DNA of 64,000 bases from a virus. Positions 40,262-49,039 of the stretch are shown here, one piece after another. Position 1 is the first letter of the stretch. Every line of letters begins with the position of its first letter. Below the pieces are notes generated by a model, which saw only the letters and a program-made list of their open reading frames with translations, made no database searches and was not told the DNA's origin. Made by a program: the position numbers and the translations under genes. Location of the stretch: positions 47,612-111,611 of the IMG/VR virus record IMGVR_UViG_3300032242_001941. One strand, 5' to 3'.

Positions 40262-40432
40262 ATGACCATGGCAACACGATTTACATCTGCAGATGGCAAG
40301 ATTTTTACGGTAGAAGAAGTTAAACAAGTTGACAAAGAATTATGGGTCTACTATAATAATATTGAAACAGGTGACAAGTATTCCTGTTTATTAGATGCAT
40401 TTAGTCAACGATTTCAACCTTTGGAGCAATAA
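40262..40432 (+). CDS. 56-aa hypothetical protein (not in track)
   Basis: MTMATRFTSADGKIF...YSCLLDAFSQRF; TAATG coupling. Confidence 0.5.
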   Translation: MTMATRFTSADGKIFTVEEVKQVDKELWVYYNNIETGDKYSCLLDAFSQRFQPLEQ

Positions 40433-40623
40433 TGACAGAAGACCGTTTATTAGTAGCAGAAGCAGTAATGGCAGGCCAGATTCCAGAATCTCACCTCACG
40501 CAGGCTGAAATTGACGAGTTGTTTGAAATTGCCTGCGATGCTGCAACAGACAAGTTAATGTATGAAGCCGAACAGCGTGGGTGCAGTGTATTCGATGGCG
40601 TTGTCGGGGATACTCTCCAATAA
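40432..40623 (+). CDS. hypothetical protein
   Basis: acidic small ORF. Confidence 0.55.
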   Translation: MTEDRLLVAEAVMAGQIPESHLTQAEIDELFEIACDAATDKLMYEAEQRGCSVFDGVVGDTLQ

Positions 40624-40628
40624 ATTAT

Positions 40629-41225
40629 ATGTTTATTTCAACAAAACCTGGCACCTATAACGAAGATAGAAAAGCCGAAATTAAAAATCACAACTTACCT
40701 ATTTTACAATATATGTATATGGGCAATCGCAATACTCCATTGGAATGTCTTATTACAAAAACTCCTGGGTTCGTAGTAGTAGACGATTTTGTGACCGGGC
40801 GGCAGAAAATAAGATTTAGATTGGATTTTAACCATATTAGACAGCGTTCTAGCCAAAATAGACATGCAGGTCACTCCGTTGATAAAGGCTCAAGAGTTCC
40901 AAGCGGAATTTTTAGAGAAACTAGATTTGATAATGATTTAAGATATCTTTTTGAATTTATGTCCATTATGCCAATCTCCACCGAGTATCATAGTTATATC
41001 AGTCAAGACAGCGCCAAGGGAGACATTACCTTAAAGAATTTTAAAAAAGAACATTGGCCTTGGGTATTACAGTCTAAAAAAAATTATAACGAGTTTTGTG
41101 GCACTTATGGGCTCAATGGCGTTACCTATGAAGAATTCATTGATCACCTGAGTCATATACATTATCCGTCTATAAATCAACGACTTGAATACGATTACTA
41201 TACAAGATCATTTAGTCTATCATGA
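40629..41225 (+). CDS. hypothetical protein, possible degenerate His-Me-finger nuclease
   Basis: LDFNHI...MPISTEYHSYI spacing; weak. Confidence 0.45.
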   Translation: MFISTKPGTYNEDRKAEIKNHNLPILQYMYMGNRNTPLECLITKTPGFVVVDDFVTGRQKIRFRLDFNHIRQRSSQNRHAGHSVDKGSRVPSGIFRETRFDNDLRYLFEFMSIMPISTEYHSYISQDSAKGDITLKNFKKEHWPWVLQSKKNYNEFCGTYGLNGVTYEEFIDHLSHIHYPSINQRLEYDYYTRSFSLS

Positions 41226-41776
41226 ATCAGTTAAAACTATTGGTAGAATCATATCAGCCTACAACTTATAAACGAGTAAAACGCAGTGAGCAAACACATC
41301 TGGAAAGTGCTGAGCTTACAAAAAAAGAAATTGCTAGGCTGTTAAATTTATATCAAGACCAACAAACACTCCAAGAAAAACGCCTGGTTAGAGATGCCAT
41401 TGATCATTGGTTGCGTAGATATCATGGCTATGTAATTGAAGGCGGCATTGGCAGTCATTATGTTGAAGTAGGTGTAGATCTCAGAGCTTGTATTTTTGAA
41501 CACATTGTTCCGGCTCGTGACGCCCTGGATATGTTGTTACAAGGAATCATGACTGTTGATCAAGCTATGAATATTCCCACTTGTCTAATCAGCAAAGACA
41601 ACGATCAGGTCCTGCGTGAATCAGGCCTAGTGCAGTCCAGTCCCGACTACTGGTTATTTTTTCAACGCTATGCGGTATTAGATTCTCAATTTGCCACCCA
41701 TGATGGTAACATAATAGATACAGATACTTGGACTTTGCAAAATCATTACAATTACTTTGAACATTCGGTCATGTAA
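41222..41776 (+). CDS. hypothetical protein, HNH-like
   Basis: FEHIVP...TCLISKDNDQVL...RY. Confidence 0.5.
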   Translation: MNQLKLLVESYQPTTYKRVKRSEQTHLESAELTKKEIARLLNLYQDQQTLQEKRLVRDAIDHWLRRYHGYVIEGGIGSHYVEVGVDLRACIFEHIVPARDALDMLLQGIMTVDQAMNIPTCLISKDNDQVLRESGLVQSSPDYWLFFQRYAVLDSQFATHDGNIIDTDTWTLQNHYNYFEHSVM

Positions 41777-42927
41777 TGTTAGAACAGTATTATCAACAAC
41801 TGTGTAACAACTGGGGTTATACCCCTACTGCTGATGTATGTACAGGCTACGAATCAGTATTGCCCGAACTTCGAGCACTGGGCAAAGATGCATGGAATCG
41901 AGCTGATGATGCAGGTAAAGAAGCTATTCAGCAAGAAGTATTTGATATCTACCGTAGCGTAGGTATTGTTCCTATTACCTATTATAGTTTAGATGGATGC
42001 CGTGCTCAGGTTAATGAACTAGCAACAAAAACAAAATCAGTTAAAAACAGTCAACTTGGTGTAGGCAACAATGAAGGACTAGCATTTGGTCGCTTTTGGT
42101 TTCCGGGAATAATGGAGGCCAAGTGGAACGACAATGCAACTGTAAGTATAAAAGCACGTTTCAATCATGATAATAAACTAAAACGTGCCATCAAGTTGGC
42201 TTATGTACACAGAGATGAAGGTGATGATACCGTTATCCCAAAAAACATTCGTAGAGCATTAGAACTGGTCAATGGCGGTACTATACAAAACTTCAAACCT
42301 ATGAACGCTAGAGCTGTATGGGAACATATCTGTCCTGTGTTCCGTGGCAGTGTGCTAGACTTTAGTTCAGGATATGGTGGCCGTATGCTTGGCGCAATGA
42401 CAAGTAATATGCAATACCATTATACAGGTTTAGATCCTAATACAAAAACATTTCAAGGACTAGAAGCCTTAGGAGAATTAATACAATCAGAAAGACCCTG
42501 GAGTGGATTTAGTATAAATTGTGTTCCTAGCGAGGAGTTTGAGCCTATTCCTAGATTTTACGATGCGGCGTTTTCTAGTCCTCCTTACTTTAATCTTGAA
42601 ACTTATACAGATGAACCTACACAGTGCATGAACCGTTATCGAGAACTATCTGCATGGTTTGATGGCTATGTTGTGCCAACACTTGAAATGGTACACCGGA
42701 GCCTGGCCGACGATGGAATTTATGCTGTAAACATTGCCGACTATAAAAACGGTAAAGAACAATTTCAAATTGTAGAGCCATGGAAAGAGCTGTCCAAAAA
42801 AATAGGGTTCAAGCACGTTGAAACAGTGGACATGCTATTAAATGTCAGACCTGGAGTTGGAAACGGTAAACTTGAAAAAGCCTATAAGTCAGAAGGCATT
42901 TATATTTTCCAAAAAATGTCAACTTAA
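41776..42927 (+). CDS. amino-DNA (N4-C/N6-A) methyltransferase
   Basis: motif I VLDFSSGYGGR; motif IV FSSPPYF. Confidence 0.85.
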   Translation: MLEQYYQQLCNNWGYTPTADVCTGYESVLPELRALGKDAWNRADDAGKEAIQQEVFDIYRSVGIVPITYYSLDGCRAQVNELATKTKSVKNSQLGVGNNEGLAFGRFWFPGIMEAKWNDNATVSIKARFNHDNKLKRAIKLAYVHRDEGDDTVIPKNIRRALELVNGGTIQNFKPMNARAVWEHICPVFRGSVLDFSSGYGGRMLGAMTSNMQYHYTGLDPNTKTFQGLEALGELIQSERPWSGFSINCVPSEEFEPIPRFYDAAFSSPPYFNLETYTDEPTQCMNRYRELSAWFDGYVVPTLEMVHRSLADDGIYAVNIADYKNGKEQFQIVEPWKELSKKIGFKHVETVDMLLNVRPGVGNGKLEKAYKSEGIYIFQKMST

Positions 42928-42973
42928 TATTGACCCTAGGCGTTAATATAGTATGCCTAGGAGAAACTTATGT

Positions 42974-43357
42974 ATGCACACCCTGTTACCAGCATTACTA
43001 CTCGCAACTTTGGTTCAGACAAGCCAAGCAAGCTCACCCAACTTGGTCTCTTACTCGGACCACAGTCCTTACGAATGGGTTGTCCCAACTGTGACAGCCG
43101 AAGGTCGGGTCCGTGTCATCATCACAAAAACGAAAGTACGACTACACCTAGCTAAAACGCAACGACCTGTAATTAAATTATCAGTTGATGATGACGACAG
43201 TGATTACTATGACGAACTACCCGAGCTGCAAATTGGGTATCGTCGCCCAGAGTTGGTCAATCAAAGTGCAGATGTAGATTTACCAGACGAAATAAAACTT
43301 AGGTTAGCTATAGCCAGATTAAAAGCACTGGAAGCATACAACAAAAAATGGTCCTAG
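42974..43357 (+). CDS. secreted hypothetical protein
   Basis: signal-peptide-like N-terminus. Confidence 0.55.
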   Translation: MHTLLPALLLATLVQTSQASSPNLVSYSDHSPYEWVVPTVTAEGRVRVIITKTKVRLHLAKTQRPVIKLSVDDDDSDYYDELPELQIGYRRPELVNQSADVDLPDEIKLRLAIARLKALEAYNKKWS

Positions 43358-43474
43358 ATTGTTATTAAAAAAATCAATAAGCGTTATTAAAATTATTATT
43401 GAAAAAATTAATAAAAACCGTTGATCTTATTGTTAAATACTATTACAATACTATTTTACTTTAAGGAGATGTCA

Positions 43475-43924
43475 ATGAGTATTACTATCAAAAATCTTGA
43501 ATCGGCATTGGCTGGTGAGTCACAAGCTCACATCAAGTATCGTTATTTCGCAAAGATTGCACGTGAAGAAGGCTACGAAGATGTTGCCCGTCATTTTGAG
43601 TACACAGCAGATCAAGAAATTCTACACGCATGGGGACATTTGGAATTGCTTATCGGCAAGCCTACAACCAAAGAGTGTTTGGAAAAAGCCATTGCAGGTG
43701 AAACTGAAGAGTTCACACACATGTATCCAACCATGCTTGCGGAAGCAGTCGAAGAAGGTAATCAACAGGCTGCTATCGAAGCCAAGCACCAGATTGCGGA
43801 ATCTAAAGAACATGCTGAACAATTTGCCGCAGTGTTGGCCAAAGCTGAAAAACGTTTTGCGGCACTACAACGAGTAGAGAAGCGTCATGCCGAATCATAT
43901 CAACGAGTCATGGAGGCACTATAA
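43475..43924 (+). CDS. rubrerythrin-family protein
   Basis: NLESALAGESQA, QEILHA, GETEEFTHMYP, ESKEHA. Confidence 0.92.
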   Translation: MSITIKNLESALAGESQAHIKYRYFAKIAREEGYEDVARHFEYTADQEILHAWGHLELLIGKPTTKECLEKAIAGETEEFTHMYPTMLAEAVEEGNQQAAIEAKHQIAESKEHAEQFAAVLAKAEKRFAALQRVEKRHAESYQRVMEAL

Positions 43925-44052
43925 TGGAACACGTATGCGTAATCTGTGGTCACGTCCACAATGAAGAATTAGAAGGTAAATGGGAGGATCTACCAGAAGA
44001 CTTTCCTTGTCCTGAGTGTGGCGGATTCAAGCAAGATTATATTGAGATGTAA
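43924..44052 (+). CDS. rubredoxin (not in track)
   Basis: MEHVCVICGHVH...WEDLPEDFPCPECG. Confidence 0.9.
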   Translation: MEHVCVICGHVHNEELEGKWEDLPEDFPCPECGGFKQDYIEM

Positions 44053-44086
44053 CTAAACAGTCACACTAGCGATCTTAAATAACTCA

Positions 44087-44155
44087 ACCGGACACAAAGA
44101 TAGAGTGTCTCTGGAGCTCGTAACCAGAACCAAAAGGACTCAGGTCCTTTTTCTT
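44087..44155 (+). ncRNA. candidate small RNA (late promoter, two hairpins, terminator)
   Basis: TAAATA 44076; GGACAC/GTGTCT; TCTGG/CCAGA; AAAAGGAC-TCAG-GTCCTTTT. Confidence 0.4.
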
Positions 44156-44224
44156 TGTCACAATTCTTTGGTTGACTTTTGATATATACTATGTTACAGT
44201 TATATTACAAAAGGAGGATTAGTT

Positions 44225-44383
44225 ATGAAACAAAAGAAATTAATTTCTAAATTGTATCAGGCTTGTCTAGACCACGATACTAAAAAGGTTCAAGAACTCA
44301 AGAAAAAAGAGTTTGCTAAAATCTTTAAACACAAGGCCCAAGGCAAATCATTTGATACCAAATGGCATGTAGTTACGGTGTAA
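44225..44383 (+). CDS. 52-aa basic hypothetical protein (not in track)
   Basis: SD AGGAGG; [18 protein letters not shown]... Confidence 0.6.
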   Translation: MKQKKLISKLYQACLDHDTKKVQELKKKEFAKIFKHKAQGKSFDTKWHVVTV

Positions 44384-44396
44384 CAAATCCGTAACA
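44378..44396 (+). promoter_or_regulatory. Pho-box-like direct repeat
   Basis: GTGTAAC-AAAT-CCGTAAC, GTAACA repeated with 11-bp period. Confidence 0.55.
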
Positions 44397-44428
44397 AGTT
44401 TTCTCTGGCATTTTGGTTAAATATTGCT

Positions 44429-45253
44429 ATGCCAGAGAAAACTTACCGTTCAATCTTTATCTCGGATGTTCATCTTGGCACTCGCGACTGCAAGGCCGAA
44501 GCCTTAAATAATTTTCTCAAACACAACACCTGCGAAACCCTATATCTAGTAGGCGACATAATCGACGCATGGAAAATTCAACAAAATAAATGGCGCTGGA
44601 AACAAAGCCATACCAATGTTGTACGTAGAATACTAGGACATGCCAAACGTGGCACTAGAGTAATCTATGTAGCCGGCAACCATGATGAATTCCTCCGCCC
44701 GCTTATACCCTACGGCATGGGCTTTGGCGCAGTAGAAATTGTAAATCAAACAGAACACATAGGTCTAGATGGCAAGCACTATCTGGTCACTCACGGTGAC
44801 TTGTTTGATGGCATTACTAGACTGGCCCCTTGGCTGAGTTTTTTAGGAGATAAACTTTATGACTTTGTTCTCGACCTTAACAGTCGCTTTAATTGGATAC
44901 GTCACCGTATGGGTTTTGGTTATTGGAGTTTGTCTAAGTATCTCAAGCATAAAGTTAAGAAAGCCGCTGACTTTATGTTTCAGTTTGAGCTTAATCTTGC
45001 TCGCTATTGTCACAAGCGCGGTTATGATGGCGTGATCTGTGGACATATACATCATGCAGAAATCAAAGAAATAGATGGTATCATTTATATGAATGATGGT
45101 GATTGGGTTGAGTCGATGACTGCCCTGGTTGAAAATTACAATGGATCCTGGGCGATAGTTACCTGGACCAAGGAGCACGACGATGTGGATACTAATACTG
45201 TTAGCAGTGAACATAAACAATCCCGCCGACGTCCCGGGAAGAATAAGCCTTGA
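44429..45253 (+). CDS. plcP: PlcP-like phospholipase C (LpxH-like metallophosphoesterase)
   Basis: RSIFISDVHLG, LVGDIID, GNHD, THGD, GYWSLSKYLKHKVK, CGHIH, DGDWVES. Confidence 0.8.
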   Translation: MPEKTYRSIFISDVHLGTRDCKAEALNNFLKHNTCETLYLVGDIIDAWKIQQNKWRWKQSHTNVVRRILGHAKRGTRVIYVAGNHDEFLRPLIPYGMGFGAVEIVNQTEHIGLDGKHYLVTHGDLFDGITRLAPWLSFLGDKLYDFVLDLNSRFNWIRHRMGFGYWSLSKYLKHKVKKAADFMFQFELNLARYCHKRGYDGVICGHIHHAEIKEIDGIIYMNDGDWVESMTALVENYNGSWAIVTWTKEHDDVDTNTVSSEHKQSRRRPGKNKP

Positions 45254-45356
45254 GTTTGCCACAGAACGAGCGTGTGAGTCAGCTCGTGAGTCAGTTAAAT
45301 ACTGGCTCAAGTTTGAAGGGTTTCGGGTCCAATCACAATGTCAAAAACAATCTTAG
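45183..45356 (+). CDS. 57-aa secreted/membrane peptide overlapping plcP tail (not in track)
   Basis: SD AAGGAG; MWILILLAVNINNP...F....AC....C. Confidence 0.55.
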   Translation: MWILILLAVNINNPADVPGRISLEFATERACESARESVKYWLKFEGFRVQSQCQKQS

Positions 45357-46345
45357 TAGTTACCGATAATGTTGCCGATCAAGTCAACGGAGTGGTCACA
45401 ACTTTCAAAAACTTGGAAGATCAGGCTAGCCTGGCTGGCGATCGTATTGTTTATATTGATCCCGGGCAGTTCCCTCATTTTGATTGCCCTGGTTATCCTG
45501 AAGTTAAAATCTGCTGGCCACACGGCATTAGCAAGAAGATTAAGGCGCTACAGCCGGATTATATTCACATCGCCACAGAAGGCCCTGTAGGTCTATTTGC
45601 CCGGTGGTGGTGTGAGCGTAATGGGATTCCTTACAACACTAGCTACCACACTGATTTTGCCAAGTTCTTAAAGAAAATGTATCACATACCCGAGTCCGTG
45701 ACTTGGTGGTATCTACGTTGGTTCCATAAGAACAGTCATCGTGTGCTAGTTACTACAGAAAGCATACGGCAAGACTTAGTGTCACGTGGATTTGCTAATC
45801 TGCGTGTATGGACTCGCGGTGTAGATAGGACTATTTTTAACGGCACACATCGTGGAGAAACTGTAGCTGGTCGTCCTATGCTATTGAGTGTAGGTCGTGT
45901 TAGTGTTGAAAAAGGCCTAGATGATTTTTGTCAATTAGATATTCCGGGTGCTACCAAAATTGTAGTTGGAGATGGTCCATATCGACGAGACTTAGAACGC
46001 AGGTACCCAGACATACATTTTGTAGGAGCCAAAAAAGGAACGCAATTAGCTCGTTACTATGCTCAGGCCGATGTGTTTGTTTTTCCTAGTCGGGCCGACA
46101 CCTTTGGAGTGGTCAATATTGAATCACTGGCTTGTGGAACTCCGGTAGCGGCCTACCCTGTGCCCGGACCTATAGATATTGTTGAACCCGGACTAACTGG
46201 ATTCCTTAACAACAATTTACGATTGGCAGTAGAGCAGTGTTTGACCTTAGACCGCGGCGCGGTAGAAGATGCCAGTTTGAAGTGGACTTGGGCAGAGTGT
46301 TGGCGTATATTTGAAGAAAACTTGATAGACTGTTCTGTAGCATAA
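45338..46345 (+). CDS. GT4 glycosyltransferase (Agt-like glycolipid synthase)
   Basis: VTD...QVNGVVTT, IHIATEGPVG, VGRVSVEK, FPSRADTFGVVNIESLACG. Confidence 0.85.
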   Translation: MSKTILVVTDNVADQVNGVVTTFKNLEDQASLAGDRIVYIDPGQFPHFDCPGYPEVKICWPHGISKKIKALQPDYIHIATEGPVGLFARWWCERNGIPYNTSYHTDFAKFLKKMYHIPESVTWWYLRWFHKNSHRVLVTTESIRQDLVSRGFANLRVWTRGVDRTIFNGTHRGETVAGRPMLLSVGRVSVEKGLDDFCQLDIPGATKIVVGDGPYRRDLERRYPDIHFVGAKKGTQLARYYAQADVFVFPSRADTFGVVNIESLACGTPVAAYPVPGPIDIVEPGLTGFLNNNLRLAVEQCLTLDRGAVEDASLKWTWAECWRIFEENLIDCSVA

Positions 46346-46462
46346 AAACAACACATTTAAAGCCCCGTAAAAGGGGCTTTTTTGTGGGTTTACCAAAAGG
46401 TTGACCAAAAATGCCCAATTTGTTATACTATTATTATAGTGAACATAAAGGAGCAGACAATG
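46334..46462 (+). repeat. stop/terminator/early-promoter/SD cassette, copy 2
   Basis: AAAGCCCC-GTAAAA-GGGGCTTT terminator, TTGACC-17-TATACT; matches 25344..25471. Confidence 0.85.
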
Positions 46463-46732
46463 TCAAAACTTACAGCATACACAGTAGAAATTTATAAAGC
46501 TGATCGCCGTGTTAAAGAAGGCCAGCGGCTGGTTGAAAAGCGTGACTTTGATCCAGTGACTCGTGACTACATTGACACAGTGGTTGAACGACTTTCGGGC
46601 AAAGGCATCACCATCAAGTTACACGAAACCTTTGTAACTAAAAAGAACCTAATAGGCGGTAAAGAGTTCACCGAGCGTTATGATACTCCATACTTTTGCT
46701 CGCCTGCATCTGAATCTTACTGGAGCATGTAA
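46460..46732 (+). CDS. hypothetical early protein
   Basis: ends DTPYFCSPASESYWSM, a recurrent phage motif. Confidence 0.7.
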   Translation: MSKLTAYTVEIYKADRRVKEGQRLVEKRDFDPVTRDYIDTVVERLSGKGITIKLHETFVTKKNLIGGKEFTERYDTPYFCSPASESYWSM

Positions 46733-46733
46733 T

Positions 46734-46991
46734 ATGTTAAAAGAATTCAACGAAATCCAAAAGACCGAACAGGCTATTCGTGGCCCGCAATTTGACCGCA
46801 AGCTTCACGGTGGTCTGTTCGACCGTGGCAGTGCCGACAGTTATTATAGTCGTCCGCAGGACCCGCACTGGTATCCAGACGGTAGCTACAACGGAACTCG
46901 TATTGATCAGCTGAACCAGTATGAAATCGCCGAATACATGGCTGGCTACGAGCATAACGAGCAGTTTGGCCACAAAAAAAGCTACGATTAA
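46734..46991 (+). CDS. hypothetical protein
   Basis: HGGLFDRGSADSYYSR motif. Confidence 0.65.
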   Translation: MLKEFNEIQKTEQAIRGPQFDRKLHGGLFDRGSADSYYSRPQDPHWYPDGSYNGTRIDQLNQYEIAEYMAGYEHNEQFGHKKSYD

Positions 46992-46996
46992 AACGG

Positions 46997-47025
46997 TTGA
47001 CCAGAAATTACCGAAATGCTATAAT
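46997..47025 (+). promoter_or_regulatory. early sigma70-type promoter
   Basis: near-identical to the promoter at 23957. Confidence 0.8.
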
Positions 47026-47054
47026 AGTTGTATAGTTAATAACAAGGAGTTGAA

Positions 47055-47210
47055 ATGACAAGAAAACATTTTATTGCAATGGCACAAGAAATTGCCCAAA
47101 TGACAGACCGTAAATCGGCTCGTATTGCAGCCGAGGCGTTTGCCCAGGTAGCTCGTTCGGTGAATTCAAGATTTGATACCACCCGTTTCTTAACCGCTTG
47201 TGGAGTTTAA
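47055..47210 (+). CDS. 51-aa hypothetical protein (not in track)
   Basis: SD AAGGAG; MTRKHFIAMA...NSRFDTTRFLTACG. Confidence 0.7.
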   Translation: MTRKHFIAMAQEIAQMTDRKSARIAAEAFAQVARSVNSRFDTTRFLTACGV

Positions 47211-47211
47211 T

Positions 47212-47559
47212 ATGACCTCTGTTAATAATATCATTCAAGTTAATACCATCGTCAACGAAGCTAAACAGGCCGCTAGAGAAGCCGCTGAAAAGTTCTTCCA
47301 AGAGAAGTTGGGTGGCCAAGACAAATACTCCTGCGGATTTGCGTGGGTTGAAATTTACGGTGTCAAGGGCAACACTCGCCTTGGTAAAGCATTTAAGGCC
47401 GCAGGCATCAACAAAAATTATACTGGCGCTCACTCAATTTGGAATCCAGCAGGTCTTGGTGTGCAAAACATTGACACCCTTGAAGCTGGTGCAGAAGCGG
47501 CCGCGAAAGTGTTTGAGAATTATGGTTTCCGTGCTTATGCTTGTTCGAGGTTAGATTAA
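47212..47559 (+). CDS. hypothetical protein
   Basis: CGFAWV...SRLD motif. Confidence 0.7.
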   Translation: MTSVNNIIQVNTIVNEAKQAAREAAEKFFQEKLGGQDKYSCGFAWVEIYGVKGNTRLGKAFKAAGINKNYTGAHSIWNPAGLGVQNIDTLEAGAEAAAKVFENYGFRAYACSRLD

Positions 47560-47723
47560 TGAACATAGATCAAGCTCTAGCAGAAATTATTGCTTACAGT
47601 GTAGCCCATGGTGTAGATAGCCTGGGCGGCATTGAGTCGATGGTCCGGAATTACAAGTCATTACCGGTTGAGCAACGACTAGCAGTCGACGTGTTTATGT
47701 CCGAAACAAAGGAGGCAGTATAA
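47559..47723 (+). CDS. hypothetical protein
   Basis: TAATG coupling. Confidence 0.55.
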   Translation: MNIDQALAEIIAYSVAHGVDSLGGIESMVRNYKSLPVEQRLAVDVFMSETKEAV

Positions 47724-47890
47724 TGGCAACTTTTATGGTAGAGTATATTGTATATGAAAAGAACAATAGTTTTGTTCTTGCTGAAGGTACTATGCCGGTT
47801 AACTGTAGCATGAGTAACCAGGCAGAAAATGTAGTTCGCAGTATGTTTCCAAACGGCGATGTTCTTATTCGCCAAGTTCGACAGTCTTAA
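47723..47890 (+). CDS. 55-aa hypothetical protein (not in track)
   Basis: SD GGAGG, TAATG coupling. Confidence 0.55.
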   Translation: MATFMVEYIVYEKNNSFVLAEGTMPVNCSMSNQAENVVRSMFPNGDVLIRQVRQS

Positions 47891-47904
47891 TAGGAGTTAA
47901 AATT

Positions 47905-48033
47905 ATGAAAGGTTTTATCGTAGGTACAGTGTTTGGTATTTTGATTTGCACCGTTGGCATTTCTGGAATTGCAAGGATTCTGGATAATGGTGTAACCAAA
48001 GTGCAAGAAGTAACCAAAGAAGCTGCCAAATAA
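47905..48033 (+). CDS. 42-aa membrane peptide (not in track)
   Basis: SD AGGAG; MKGFIVGTVFGILICTVG. Confidence 0.55.
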   Translation: MKGFIVGTVFGILICTVGISGIARILDNGVTKVQEVTKEAAK

Positions 48034-48155
48034 GGCAGTTTTGGTAAACCAAAATAGTTATTATGGTTGACATTTTTATCGATATCAAGTATAATGGTTA
48101 TTGTAGTGGGTAGTACTTTAAATCAACTTAATAGGCAACTTAGAAAGGCAACATC

Positions 48156-48485
48156 ATGTCACAAGAAAAATTATTTACAGTAGCAGGAACAGCAACAAAT
48201 CCTAATGGCACTACTAAAGCTCGTTTTGCAAACGACTTGGTAGCTCGTATTAAGATTTTGAACAAGGCAGGTTGTACTGCAATCAACTTAATTGAGCTCT
48301 CAAAGCCAATGACCAAGTTAGAAGCTCTACAATATTTGCACAGTGTTGGTATCACTGAAGGTGATGCTGGTTACGCAGTAGCCAACAAACTTGCAGAAAA
48401 GACCCGAGTAGCCAAGAAAGGCGAAGTAAAGGTCAAGGCAACTAAGGCCAAGGCATCTGTTAAAGCAGAAAAAGTAACAGCGTAA
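48156..48485 (+). CDS. hypothetical basic protein
   Basis: sigma70 promoter TTGACA 48067/TATAAT 48090; K/A-rich tail. Confidence 0.7.
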   Translation: MSQEKLFTVAGTATNPNGTTKARFANDLVARIKILNKAGCTAINLIELSKPMTKLEALQYLHSVGITEGDAGYAVANKLAEKTRVAKKGEVKVKATKAKASVKAEKVTA

Positions 48486-48492
48486 TACTGTT

Positions 48493-48789
48493 ATGCCAAA
48501 GATAACGGTCAGAATCTTAACGGTTTTGACCGTTATCTCATTATCGGGTTGTGCAATTCCTGTAGCGGTATCCATGATAACCGGAGCCGCTAGTGTAGCA
48601 GTAAACGAAACTACAGGCCGAACTACAACAGACCATGTCGTTAGTGCAGTCAACGGTCAAGATTGTCGGATAAGTAGGATGGGTAAAGAAGATGTTTGCC
48701 AAGACGAAGTCCCAAAATTCCAATTCAAGGTAATCACTACCAACGTGGTTCCTTCCTCAATAGAAGAAATCGAATCCAAATATCGCTAG
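48493..48789 (+). CDS. putative lipoprotein
   Basis: lipobox LSGC. Confidence 0.65.
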   Translation: MPKITVRILTVLTVISLSGCAIPVAVSMITGAASVAVNETTGRTTTDHVVSAVNGQDCRISRMGKEDVCQDEVPKFQFKVITTNVVPSSIEEIESKYR

Positions 48790-48802
48790 CATAAGTATCG
48801 TT

Positions 48803-49039
48803 ATGTTAGAAGATCTTGAAATAGACCAGAGCATACGCCTGGCCGTACTTAATCTCATGATGGTATTATACGACTGTGGCATCACTGAAATTCATGTAGG
48901 TGGTGTCATGCGTATTCTTGGAGTGCCAGGCGAAAAGGCCCAGGAGCACGACGATGTGCGATTGGTATTAGATGAAGATTTTGTTAAATATGTAGAAGCA
49001 ATCAACACACCAAGACCTGTTGATCAAATTCTACATTAA
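48803..49039 (+). CDS. hypothetical protein
   Basis: TAAGTA just upstream. Confidence 0.6.
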   Translation: MLEDLEIDQSIRLAVLNLMMVLYDCGITEIHVGGVMRILGVPGEKAQEHDDVRLVLDEDFVKYVEAINTPRPVDQILH

